A stretch of 64,000 bases of DNA from Patescibacteria group bacterium (GTDB lineage: Bacteria > Patescibacteriota > Patescibacteriia > UBA2591 > JAQUPP01), in the NCBI GenBank assembly GCA_028717225.1, contig JAQUOF010000001.1, positions 30,322-94,321 of the forward strand, read 5' to 3'. Within the stretch, counting starts at the first letter, position 1. Every line of letters starts with the position of its first letter. Below are positions 47,463 through 56,062 of this stretch, in pieces. The position numbers and the translations under genes are program-made. The notes beneath the pieces were generated by a model. The model was given only the letters and a program-made list of their open reading frames with translations, ran no database searches and was not told where the DNA came from.

Positions 47463-48701
47463 TTATTTTTTGCCAAGAGAAAAGATAAAAATTTCACGCC
47501 AAACTTCTTGATTGGCTCGGGCGTAAATAATTGATTGCCGCTTGGTCGATTTAATAATCGGGTAACTTGCCACAGAATCGGGCAAAATGTTAACTGTCTG
47601 CCAACCCATTTTATCAATCTCCGGCAAAATAAATTCGGAGAAAATTCCGTTATTTTGTTTTAAGTCCTGATAAATCGGGAAAATCATCACCACTTGCCCA
47701 TTTGGTTTTAAAATTTTTTGAAATTCTTTAAAAGCGCCAATGTATAAATCTGACAATTTAGACATTATGATCAGCAGTTGAGCCTTTAAGCTGGAAATTT
47801 TGGTTGGACCCAAATATGGCTCGGCAACAATTAAATCAATTGATTGAGGATCTATTTTTTTAGAAATTTCTTTAACATCAGTCTGGAAGATTTGGAATTT
47901 GGTCCGCCAGCTGGCGGATTGGAATTTGGAATTTTTTATGAGCCAGTCTAAATTTTGTTGAGTGTCTTTAATCGCCTCTGGGTTTAAATCGGCGCCAATA
48001 ATATTTTTATAACCCATCAAGGCCGCTTCTTGTAAAATTGTGCCCGCACCGCAAAAAGGGTCTAAAATCACTGCTTTTTTATCTAACTCGCCTGCCAAAT
48101 TAATCATAATTTTAGCCAATTTCGGCGGTAAAATTCCCTGTTCCATTGACCGATTTGGCCGGCCGAAATCACGAAAGCCGTATTCTTTAAAATCCTGACA
48201 AGTCAAAGTTCTGCCGAACAAAAACCCGTTTTTCTCGGCAAAAAATACAAATTCCGCGCCGGTTTCCAAAAGCTTGTTTGTTTGAACAATAACCGAAGAA
48301 AGCGCATCTTCGCGAGAAGTAACCCAGCGGGAAGAAATTCCTTTTTCTTTAAGATCTTTTTTTAAATTCAAAGCCAAATTTTTAATTAAATTTACGATTT
48401 GAGAGATTGAGGCCTGATGGTCTAAACGATAAACACTGAATCCGAATCTGACCTTGGCTGATTTTTCGGAAAACAAATCAGCCAGATTTTTTAAATCCTG
48501 GTTTGGCAAAATTTTGCCGATTTTAATCGTTCCGCCCAACCTGTTTTGCAAATACGCGAAATCAATTTCTTTATTTCCGGGTAAATCTATGATTAAAACT
48601 TCTTCTGATATTTTTTTAATCTCAAACGGGCCTGTGAGTATCTTTAAGATTTCAGCTATTGACAAAGTTGGATTATTGCCTAATATAAGAAAATATGTCA
48701 T
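47463..48701 (-). CDS. TRM11-like SAM-dependent RNA methyltransferase
   Basis: RD.GRP, G.LPPKLA.IMINLA, LDPFCG.GTILQEA, EPYLG. Confidence 0.8.
   Translation of the reverse strand: MTYFLILGNNPTLSIAEILKILTGPFEIKKISEEVLIIDLPGNKEIDFAYLQNRLGGTIKIGKILPNQDLKNLADLFSEKSAKVRFGFSVYRLDHQASISQIVNLIKNLALNLKKDLKEKGISSRWVTSREDALSSVIVQTNKLLETGAEFVFFAEKNGFLFGRTLTCQDFKEYGFRDFGRPNRSMEQGILPPKLAKIMINLAGELDKKAVILDPFCGAGTILQEAALMGYKNIIGADLNPEAIKDTQQNLDWLIKNSKFQSASWRTKFQIFQTDVKEISKKIDPQSIDLIVAEPYLGPTKISSLKAQLLIIMSKLSDLYIGAFKEFQKILKPNGQVVMIFPIYQDLKQNNGIFSEFILPEIDKMGWQTVNILPDSVASYPIIKSTKRQSIIYARANQEVWREIFIFSLGKK
47903..47918. repeat. Palindrome TCCGCCAGCTGGCGGA copy 4, in frame in the methyltransferase
   Basis: Translates as NSKFQSASWRTKFQ; 41 bp identical to the copy 3 context. 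Confidence 0.95.
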
Positions 48702-48729
48702 AATAACATTATTATAGTTTAAATCATTA

Positions 48730-49155
48730 ATGTCAAATCTTATGTATGAAATTCTCTATATCATTCCCACTCCTTACACGGAGCAAGACGTACCGGTAAT
48801 TTCAAAAAAAATAAGGTCGTTGATCGAAAAAGCCGGCGGCAAGATTCTTAAAGAAGAAGAACTTGGCAACAAAAAATTGGCTTACCCGATTAAGCATATT
48901 TACCGCGGGTTCTACAACCTTTTTCGTTTTGAAATTGAAACAAAAGAAATAAAAGGAATAAACGAAGCAATCAGATTAACGCCTGAAATTTTAAGGCACA
49001 TGATTGTGACTCTTAATTCCAAGCCGATGAAAATTAGAAAACCGAGACACTCTGTGGAAAAAAAGGAAGAAGAAATTAAAGAAGTTAAAGAAGAAAAAAC
49101 AACTGTCAAAACCAGTTTAAAAGATTTAGAACAAAAAATTGACGATTTATTTTAA
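48730..49155 (+). CDS. rpsF: 30S ribosomal protein S6
   Basis: YE..YI, G.KKLAYPI, ILRHMI; rpsF-ssb-rpsR order. Confidence 0.93.
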   Translation: MSNLMYEILYIIPTPYTEQDVPVISKKIRSLIEKAGGKILKEEELGNKKLAYPIKHIYRGFYNLFRFEIETKEIKGINEAIRLTPEILRHMIVTLNSKPMKIRKPRHSVEKKEEEIKEVKEEKTTVKTSLKDLEQKIDDLF

Positions 49156-49178
49156 TCTAACCAAATAATTTTTTAATT

Positions 49179-49622
49179 ATGAATCTTAATAAAGTTTTGA
49201 TTATTGGCCGATTGACCAGAGATCCCGAAGCGCGAACCACTCCTAATGGCCAGAATGTGGCGACTTTCAGTTTAGCCACTTCAAGAAATTGGACTAGCGC
49301 TCAAGGAGAAAAAAAAGAACAAACCGATTTTCATCGAGTAGTTGTTTGGGGTAAATTAGCCGAAGTCTGCAGCCGCTATTTGGTTAAAGGGCAAGAAGCT
49401 TATGTTGAGGGCAGATTAACCACCCGTTCTTGGCAAGATGCCCAAGGAAATAAAAAATCCACCACTGAAATTATCGCTCAGGCTGTTCAATTTGGCGCCA
49501 AAGCAAGAGGAGGAGCTTCTTCAAATAATGAACCGCGCGAAGTGGAAGAAAAATCTTCACCTGACGAAGAAAAAGAAAATCTTCCCGAAGAAGAAATAGA
49601 TGTGGAAGAAATCCCGTTTTAA
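49179..49622 (+). CDS. ssb: Single-stranded DNA-binding protein
   Basis: NKV..IGRLTRDPE, VEGRL.TRSW, acidic EIPF tail. Confidence 0.96.
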   Translation: MNLNKVLIIGRLTRDPEARTTPNGQNVATFSLATSRNWTSAQGEKKEQTDFHRVVVWGKLAEVCSRYLVKGQEAYVEGRLTTRSWQDAQGNKKSTTEIIAQAVQFGAKARGGASSNNEPREVEEKSSPDEEKENLPEEEIDVEEIPF

Positions 49623-49728
49623 TTAAATGCGAATCGCTACAAATATTAAATAATATTAAATACAAATTTTTACGAATATTTGTAATAATTTGTAAGCTCT
49701 AAAATTTGTAATAATTAGAATTTAAATT

Positions 49729-49938
49729 ATGGAAAATCAAAAACATTGTTATTTTTGCATCAACAGCGTTAATGAAATTGATTATAAAGACATAGAACTT
49801 TTGCGCCGATTTGTTTCCACTTATGAGAGAATTTTACCAAGCCGCAAAAGAGGAGTCTGTGCCAAACATCAAAGAAAATTAACTCACGCCATCAAAAGAG
49901 CAAGATTTATGGCTCTTTTACCTTTTGTTAAAAATTAA
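49729..49938 (+). CDS. rpsR: 30S ribosomal protein S18
   Basis: CYFC, IDYKD, CAKHQR.L..AIKRAR..ALLPF. Confidence 0.95.
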   Translation: MENQKHCYFCINSVNEIDYKDIELLRRFVSTYERILPSRKRGVCAKHQRKLTHAIKRARFMALLPFVKN

Positions 49939-49945
49939 AATTATT

Positions 49946-50506
49946 ATGTTATCTTTGAATGATTTAAAAAATATCGGAACTATTCTTGAAATTGATGGCG
50001 CGCCATATGCGATAGTCAGCTCTCTTCATACGCATGTCGCCAACAGAAGAGCATCTGTGCGCGTAAAGCTTAAAAATCTTATTACCGGCCAAGCTTTGGA
50101 AAAAACTTTTTCATCAAGCGATAAAATTGAAGAAGCTTCCACCAGCACTTCCAAGGCAAGTTTTCTTTATCCATCCGGAGAAGATTTTTATTTTATGAAT
50201 GATTCTGATTATGAGCAGTTTGCTTTAAACGAAAAAATATTGGGCACGGCCAAGAATTTTTTAAAAGAAGGATTAGAAGTGGAGGTGTTGCTTTTTAACG
50301 AAAGACCAATCAGTATAAAAATTCCTAAAAAAATAGATTTAAGGGTGATTGAATCACCGCCGAGTGTCAGAGGTGATTCTGCCACTACTCCCAGTAAAAC
50401 CGTTACTATTGAAACCGGCGCTCAACTTATTGTTCCTATTTTTATTAAAGAAGGAGATATTATTAAAATTAATACTGATACAGGCGAATACGTGTCCCGT
50501 GTATAA
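49946..50506 (+). CDS. efp: Elongation factor P
   Basis: KLKNLITG, P.VRGDSA...K...ETG....VP.FI..GD.I.INT.TGEY.SR. Confidence 0.93.
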   Translation: MLSLNDLKNIGTILEIDGAPYAIVSSLHTHVANRRASVRVKLKNLITGQALEKTFSSSDKIEEASTSTSKASFLYPSGEDFYFMNDSDYEQFALNEKILGTAKNFLKEGLEVEVLLFNERPISIKIPKKIDLRVIESPPSVRGDSATTPSKTVTIETGAQLIVPIFIKEGDIIKINTDTGEYVSRV

Positions 50507-50590
50507 AGTGGGTTATTAATTTTTAACTTGCGAATTTATAAATATTAATAATCTAAAAAGCTAATAAGCTAATTCCTAAAAAGCCAAATT

Positions 50591-51637
50591 ATGACTCTTG
50601 ATGAAATATTTGAAGGCGCAGTTGCGCTAAAAGCATCAGATGTTCACTTAGCTAACGGCTTGCCCGCATTTTTCCGCGTTGACGGAGTTTTAAGGCCAAT
50701 ACAAAATTGGCCTATTTTTGACCACGAAATTATTTTAAAATTAGCTGAGCCAATCATGACTCCGGCCCAAAAAGAAGTACTTTTAAAAAAGAAAAATCTG
50801 GATCTTTCTTACCAAATTAAAAATAATATCCGCTTTAGAATTAATATTTTTTGGGAAAAAGGACATCTAGCTTTGGCGGCCAGGGTTATCCAGCCAATCA
50901 TTCCAAGTATGGAAGAAATCGGTTTGCCTCCGGTAGCTCATCAATTAACTCAACTTCAAGACGGATTAGTTCTGGTGACCGGACCGACAGGCTGCGGTAA
51001 ATCCACCACCTTGGCGGCAATGATTGAAAAAATTAATACAGAACGGGCCTGCCATATTATTACTCTTGAAGATCCGATTGAATATGTTTTTACTTCCAAA
51101 AAAAGTTTAATCGCTCAGCGCGAATTAGGGCAAGACATGACCTCTTTTGACTCGGCTTTAAAACACATTGTCAGACAAAATCCTGATGTAATTTTTGTCG
51201 GAGAAATGAGAGATTTGGAAACAATCGGACTGGCCATTACTTTAGCTGAAACCGGCCATTTAATTTTAGCCACTCTTCATACTACAAATGCTCCGCAAAC
51301 CATTGATAGAATTATTGATGTTTTTCCGCCTTATCAGCAAAATCAAATAAGATTGCAAATTGCCTTGGCCTTAAGAGGTATTATTTCTCAACATTTATTG
51401 CCAAAAATTGGCGGAGGCAGAGTTGCGGCCAGAGAAGTTTTGATTAATAATCCGGCAGTTGCCAATTTAATCAGAGAAAATAAAATTGCCCAAATAAAAT
51501 CTTGTATGCAAACCAGCGGCAAAGAAGGAATGTGCACATTGGAAAATGGTTTAAAAAATCTTTATCGGGAAAAAATTATTACTTTAGATACGGCCTTGGC
51601 CCATGCAACTTATCCGGAAGAATTACTGAAAGAGTAG
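50591..51637 (+). CDS. pilT: Type IV pilus retraction ATPase PilT
   Basis: ASDVHL, VTGPTGCGKSTT, TLEDPIE, GEMRD.ET, AETGHL..ATLHT. Confidence 0.92.
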   Translation: MTLDEIFEGAVALKASDVHLANGLPAFFRVDGVLRPIQNWPIFDHEIILKLAEPIMTPAQKEVLLKKKNLDLSYQIKNNIRFRINIFWEKGHLALAARVIQPIIPSMEEIGLPPVAHQLTQLQDGLVLVTGPTGCGKSTTLAAMIEKINTERACHIITLEDPIEYVFTSKKSLIAQRELGQDMTSFDSALKHIVRQNPDVIFVGEMRDLETIGLAITLAETGHLILATLHTTNAPQTIDRIIDVFPPYQQNQIRLQIALALRGIISQHLLPKIGGGRVAAREVLINNPAVANLIRENKIAQIKSCMQTSGKEGMCTLENGLKNLYREKIITLDTALAHATYPEELLKE

Positions 51638-51639
51638 TT

Positions 51640-51775
51640 TAATGACTAATTAGTCTAATTGATCTAATTAACCTAAATAAATCCCAATGACTCAATGACC
51701 CAAAAATTTCAGACATTGGGCATTTGGTTATTAATTATTGATTAGGTTAATTAAAAATTAGGTCAATTGGTCATT
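51640..51775. repeat. Inverted array of degenerate 8-9-bp units
   Basis: aatgactaat...caatgactcaatgacccaa ... cattgggcatttggttatt...aattggtcatt. Confidence 0.6.
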
Positions 51776-51785
51776 TTTACATTCT

Positions 51786-51857
51786 GCCTCCGTAGCTCAA
51801 AGGATAGAGCACTGGTCTTCGGAACCAGGGATACGGGTTCGATTCCTGTCGGAGGCA
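51786..51857 (+). tRNA. tRNA-Arg(TCG)
   Basis: GCCTCCG/CGGAGGC acceptor, CTGGT-CTTCGGA-ACCAG anticodon arm, GGTTCGATTCC. Confidence 0.93.
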
Positions 51858-51958
51858 TATAAACGATTATAGACCCCTTAAAATTGTTAATTTAGCAGTA
51901 ATTTGGCTTATTCTCCTCTTTAATTTTTATTTTTGATTTTTCAATTTTAAATTTTTTC

Positions 51959-52008
51959 GCCCCCTTAGCTCAATGGTAAATCCGCCAGCTGGCGGACTCT
52001 TAAGCAAT
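51959..52008 (+). pseudogene. Partial tRNA-Lys(CTT) copy carrying palindrome copy 5 (51981-51996)
   Basis: GCCCCCTTAGCTCAATGGTA-AATCCGCCAGCTGGCGGA-CTCTTAAGCAAT; no T arm. Confidence 0.8.
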
Positions 52009-52063
52009 CAATTATTATAATAAAATTAGATTTCTTTAAAAACTTAATTAGCAAATAATATAA

Positions 52064-52134
52064 GCCCCCATAGCTCAATGGTAGAGCAGTTGCCTCTTAA
52101 GCAATTGATATAGGTTCGATCCCTATTGGGGGTA
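52064..52134 (+). tRNA. tRNA-Lys(CTT)
   Basis: GCCCCCA/TGGGGGT acceptor, GTTGC-CTCTTAA-GCAAT anticodon arm, ATAGG-TTCGATC-CCTAT T arm. Confidence 0.93.
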
Positions 52135-52137
52135 TTT

Positions 52138-52217
52138 TATACCTTAATTTAATGGTAAATCCGCCAGCTGGCGGACTCTTAAGCAATTGACGAAGGTCTG
52201 ATTCCTTCGGGGGTATA
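52138..52217 (+). pseudogene. Degenerate full-length tRNA-Lys-like copy carrying palindrome copy 6 (52160-52175)
   Basis: AATGGTA-AATCCGCCAGCTGGCGGA-CTCTTAAGCAATTGA-CGAAGG-TCTGATT-CCTTCG-GGGGTAT. Confidence 0.8.
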
Positions 52218-52263
52218 TTAAAAGACCGCATATCAATTTAGGATATTCGGTCTTTTAATATAA

Positions 52264-53013
52264 TTATTTAGAAGACATTTGCCAGAAAAATTTAAATATC
52301 TGTTTCATAAATTCGCTTAATTCTTTACTCTCAACAATAAAGGCAAAATTTTCTTTTTCCGAGAGAATAATGGAAATTTTATTTTCGTATATTTGAATCA
52401 AGCTGTTGAATATTAAATTTTTAGGTAAAAATTTTACTTCGCGCATTAATCCTTTGTCTGCGGCATAAAATTCCCATTCGCTTGAATGAAATTCTTTATC
52501 TGTAAATTGACGCAAATCTTTGCGCAATATTTTTCTCTCAATTCTTCGGTCAGCGAAATGCCTTGTATATGTTTTTCCAAAAACTTGCAATATATCTTTA
52601 ATGGGAGAGAAGGTCATAACGGTTGTATTTTTATAATTCAGAATATCTTCAAATACTTTTTTTACCCCTTCTCTGCCTTCGTAAAATTTTAATTTCGGCT
52701 TGAATTTAGTCTCAGAAAATATATTTATAAAATCCGGCAAATAACTTTCGGCCAGATTTTTTTGTTTTTCAAGGCTCTCAATTAATGTTTTAGGATTTTT
52801 TGCCCTGAATGTTTTTGTGTATGATTTTGAGTCAGTTTCAACCAGCCCTTGATTATTTAACTCCTCAAGTATTTTGTAAACGGTTGTTCTAAGAACATTG
52901 GCTTTCTTGGCTATTTCGGTCGCCGTAGCCGATCCTAACTCTAAACAAGCCAAATAAACCTGAGCTTTATTTTCATTAAATCCTATTTTTTTGAGCAATT
53001 CTATAAAATTCAT
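52264..53013 (-). CDS. TrmB family transcriptional regulator
   Basis: GF.E..AQVYLACLELG.A...EIAKKA...RTTVY; KPK.KFYEG.EG; IY.NKI. Confidence 0.88.
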   Translation of the reverse strand: MNFIELLKKIGFNENKAQVYLACLELGSATATEIAKKANVLRTTVYKILEELNNQGLVETDSKSYTKTFRAKNPKTLIESLEKQKNLAESYLPDFINIFSETKFKPKLKFYEGREGVKKVFEDILNYKNTTVMTFSPIKDILQVFGKTYTRHFADRRIERKILRKDLRQFTDKEFHSSEWEFYAADKGLMREVKFLPKNLIFNSLIQIYENKISIILSEKENFAFIVESKELSEFMKQIFKFFWQMSSK

Positions 53014-53084
53014 AAATTTTGTATATATTATTAGACAACCATAATTATATATTAATCAATTATTTTGTCAAGATTTTGTATTTT

Positions 53085-53135
53085 TTAGACAACAATGTCT
53101 AATTTTATTGACAATTTTGAAATTTCTGCTATTAT
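53085..53135 (+). promoter_or_regulatory. Candidate operator plus promoter
   Basis: TTAGACA-N4-TGTCTAA (53085-53102) just upstream of TTGACA-N16-TATTAT (53108-53135). Confidence 0.5.
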
Positions 53136-53186
53136 ATAAATATAAAGGTAAATAACCGTTCTTTAAAAAATAAAAAAGGAGGAAGG

Positions 53187-54491
53187 ATGAATACACAGTA
53201 TGATGCTTTTTTGGGAATTATTTCCAGTGGAGAGATGTTGTCTCTCTCCTCGGCAAAATTTGCCAGCCCTTTGGGACTGAATGTTTTAGGGACAAAAGTA
53301 AAACAATCTTTTTCAAATGTCTTTGTCAAAATCTATAATCTTGAAATTAATGATTTCCAGATTGTAAAAAAAGACATTAAAAGGGTTGTAAAAAATTATC
53401 ACCGCATTCTTGTTGGCTTAACTTTGATTGCCGGTAATGTTCTAAAATCATTTGAGTTGGCAAAGTGGCTTAAAGAATTGGGTTGTGATGTTATTGTCGG
53501 CGGACCGGAGATTAATGAATTGTCAGCTAATCATTTTTCTACCCTGCCAATAGTGGACGGAATTATAATCGGCTTTGGGGAACACATTATTGCTGAAATA
53601 GTAAGAGATGGTTTAAAGCAAAAAATCTATACCATTCCTCAATATTTTGACTTTCAAAATTCAGCCGTGGATTATAGCTTATTGTTCCGGATAGAAGATT
53701 ATGGCGGCGTTAGCATGCTATGGGGCGGGGACTGTCACCTTTGCAATAAGCGTTGTTATTTCTGTTCTCGTAAAAAACGCGGTTTCGGCTGGCGCAATCC
53801 ACGAATTGTATGGGAAGAATTAAGATATGCCTATCAGAAAGGAATTAAAAAGATTTACAATACCGCTGATACAGTAGCCGTGAGTTTAGGGCAATTAAGA
53901 CAACTTGCAGAAACCAAGCCATTAGAACTAGCAGGAATGAAGATAAAATGTTTTATCAATGCCACTCAAGTGACTGATGAAACCGCTGAATTATTAAAAC
54001 AGCTGAATGCTTGGGCTGCGGTTGGAATTGAGAGCTTGGCCCGAGTTGCGGCAGTTGGAAAAGGGGGAACAACCATGGAAGATAATTTTCGGGCAATTAA
54101 AATTTTGGCTCAGCATGGCGTTCCTATGATTTTAACTTTTGTAATGGGATTACCTAAAGAAACAAAAGAATCAATTGAAGCTGATGCAAAAGAAATTTTA
54201 CGAATTGTCCGAGAATATCGCGATTCTATTTATTGGGTCACCGTCTCGCCGCTGTTAGTAACCCTTGGTTCTCAAGCTTTTGAGGATTCGTTGACTCAAA
54301 ATCTGCCTACTCGCCACGAATGGGAATTCTATAATCCCTTCCTTCTCACCGAACAATATTTTAAAAAATTTTGTTCGGTAAAAATAGATACGGTTTATAA
54401 AACAATTGCTTATCTTAAAGATAAAATAAGTGAAATAGCTCCGGAAATTATTTTCGACTCAAAGGGGTTGGATCCAAAAAGATGGAAATAA
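53187..54491 (+). CDS. B12-binding-domain radical SAM protein
   Basis: SPLGL, VIVGGPE (B12-like domain), CNKRCYFC, GIES, GLP.ET; AGGAGG SD. Confidence 0.8.
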   Translation: MNTQYDAFLGIISSGEMLSLSSAKFASPLGLNVLGTKVKQSFSNVFVKIYNLEINDFQIVKKDIKRVVKNYHRILVGLTLIAGNVLKSFELAKWLKELGCDVIVGGPEINELSANHFSTLPIVDGIIIGFGEHIIAEIVRDGLKQKIYTIPQYFDFQNSAVDYSLLFRIEDYGGVSMLWGGDCHLCNKRCYFCSRKKRGFGWRNPRIVWEELRYAYQKGIKKIYNTADTVAVSLGQLRQLAETKPLELAGMKIKCFINATQVTDETAELLKQLNAWAAVGIESLARVAAVGKGGTTMEDNFRAIKILAQHGVPMILTFVMGLPKETKESIEADAKEILRIVREYRDSIYWVTVSPLLVTLGSQAFEDSLTQNLPTRHEWEFYNPFLLTEQYFKKFCSVKIDTVYKTIAYLKDKISEIAPEIIFDSKGLDPKRWK

Positions 54492-54499
54492 TTTTTACA

Positions 54500-54527
54500 A
54501 GCAGCGGTTCAAATTTGAACCGCTGCT
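54500..54527 (+). terminator. Terminator-like 28-bp perfect palindrome
   Basis: AGCAGCGGTTCAAATTTGAACCGCTGCT just after the stop codon. Confidence 0.65.
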
Positions 54528-54597
54528 ATTTTATTCTCTTGAAAAATATAATTTATTATGTTAAGATAAAAAAATAATAATTATAAATTTATAAATT

Positions 54598-55308
54598 ATG
54601 TCTAAATTAGTTTTTGATATTGAAACAATTGGAGAAAATTTTGACGAGATGGACGCAACAACCCAAGAAATTCTTATTAAATCAATTAAAAAAGATTCCA
54701 AAGATAATGACGAATATGAAAAATCCCTGCAAGATTTAAAGCAAGGACTTGGATTTTCGCCTTTAACCGGTGAGATTGTCGCAATTGGCGTTTTGGATTG
54801 TGAAAAAGACAAAGGAGCGGTTTGTTTTCAAGCTCCAAATGCCAATCTTAAAGAAACAGAAGAAAATGGCATTAAATTCAAGCCAATGACCGAGAAAGAA
54901 ATGCTGGAAAATTTTTGGAACGGCGCAAAAAATTATCAAGAATTCATCAGTTTTAACGGCCGAGGTTTTGACGTGCCATTTTTAATGATTAGATCGGCGA
55001 TTAATAATGTTCTACCAACAAAAGATTTAATGTCTAACCGATATCTTGGAAGCCAGAAATATGATTCCAAACATATAGATTTATTTGATCAGCTTTCTTT
55101 CTACGGCGCTGTTTGGCGAAAGGGAAGTTTACATCTTTGGAGCCGCGCCTTTAATATTAAAAGTCCCAAAGCCGACGGAGTGACAGGCGATGACGTGAGT
55201 GCTTTATTTAAAGAAAAAAAATTCTTGGATATTGCCAAATATAATGTCGGTGATTTAAGAGCAACAAAAAAACTTTACGAGTATTGGGAAAAATATTTTA
55301 AATTTTAA
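54598..55308 (+). CDS. PolB-like 3'-5' exonuclease (RNase H-like fold)
   Basis: LVFDIET, FNGRGFD.PFL, HIDL.D, YN..D DEDD motifs. Confidence 0.85.
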   Translation: MSKLVFDIETIGENFDEMDATTQEILIKSIKKDSKDNDEYEKSLQDLKQGLGFSPLTGEIVAIGVLDCEKDKGAVCFQAPNANLKETEENGIKFKPMTEKEMLENFWNGAKNYQEFISFNGRGFDVPFLMIRSAINNVLPTKDLMSNRYLGSQKYDSKHIDLFDQLSFYGAVWRKGSLHLWSRAFNIKSPKADGVTGDDVSALFKEKKFLDIAKYNVGDLRATKKLYEYWEKYFKF

Positions 55309-55393
55309 AATTAATCCCAGAGATGAATAATTTTTATAATAGTGAAAGGGGAGACACCCATATGGTTGTCTCCCCGTAGTTTTCCTCCTTTAT

Positions 55394-55531
55394 TTAGAGA
55401 ATGGCTATTTCGTCGACTCCATCTGGAGCGACATACTTTATGGCTACTGGATAGCCCGTTACTTCGTCTGTTAAAACAACTTTTTTTTCACGCAACCCTT
55501 GTTGCGCGCTTGTGTTTTGTGATGCTGACAT
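55394..55531 (-). CDS. Small hypothetical protein (45 aa), below the ORF-track cutoff
   Basis: MSASQNTSAQQGLREKKVVLTDEVTGYPVAIKYVAPDGVDEIAIL; AGGAGG SD, own promoter and terminator. Confidence 0.6.
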   Translation of the reverse strand: MSASQNTSAQQGLREKKVVLTDEVTGYPVAIKYVAPDGVDEIAIL

Positions 55532-55690
55532 CTTCTCCTCCTACTTCTTTTTTTTATAGTTTATATTATCTATATATTATATTAGCACAAAAAATATTTT
55601 TTGTCAACCCCTGTTCTGTTAATAAATATTAAATAAAAAAGGGGAGACGCTTTCAAGCGTCTCCCTTTAAATTAGTTTTCCTCCTTTATT

Positions 55691-56062
55691 TTATATTAAG
55701 GGCGACAAATTGCCCAAAATATGTTCATTCGCTTCCCACATAACTCCGGGCATTAATGTTACCATCCACTCGCTGCCATCTTTTGCTGCGAGTTCACTGA
55801 TCTTGCTTTGACCCTCCGGTATTGGAATTTCAAATCTTCCCTTTTTTAATATTTCGCCTATCTTACTTTGATTAAAGGGATCAAAGATCTCAAATCTTTT
55901 ATCCGAGATTTTAGGATTAAAATCTCTTGGATATAAAGTGGTAAAAATAAATTTACCATTTTTATTAACAATGGAGCATTGCCCCACAACTTCTCTCTTA
56001 CACGGAACCACCGGTACAGCACCTGGTTGTACCTTGTTTACTTCTTGTGCTACAGCTTGCAT
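55691..56062 (-). CDS. Hypothetical protein
   Basis: GAGGAGG SD, own promoter and terminator. Confidence 0.65.
   Translation of the reverse strand: MQAVAQEVNKVQPGAVPVVPCKREVVGQCSIVNKNGKFIFTTLYPRDFNPKISDKRFEIFDPFNQSKIGEILKKGRFEIPIPEGQSKISELAAKDGSEWMVTLMPGVMWEANEHILGNLSPLI

Noticed and set aside
16508..52175. Palindrome copies or tRNA-Lys repeats as a CRISPR array
   Set aside because: Copies are dispersed with no regular repeat-spacer period, and no cas genes are present.
51959..52217. Palindrome as a tRNA intron
   Set aside because: Removing it does not restore the D-stem 3' strand or the anticodon-stem 5' strand; 10 nt are replaced.
55342..55632. 96-aa plus-strand ORF
   Set aside because: It overlaps a terminator, a promoter and a better-supported minus-strand ORF with an SD (55394-55531).
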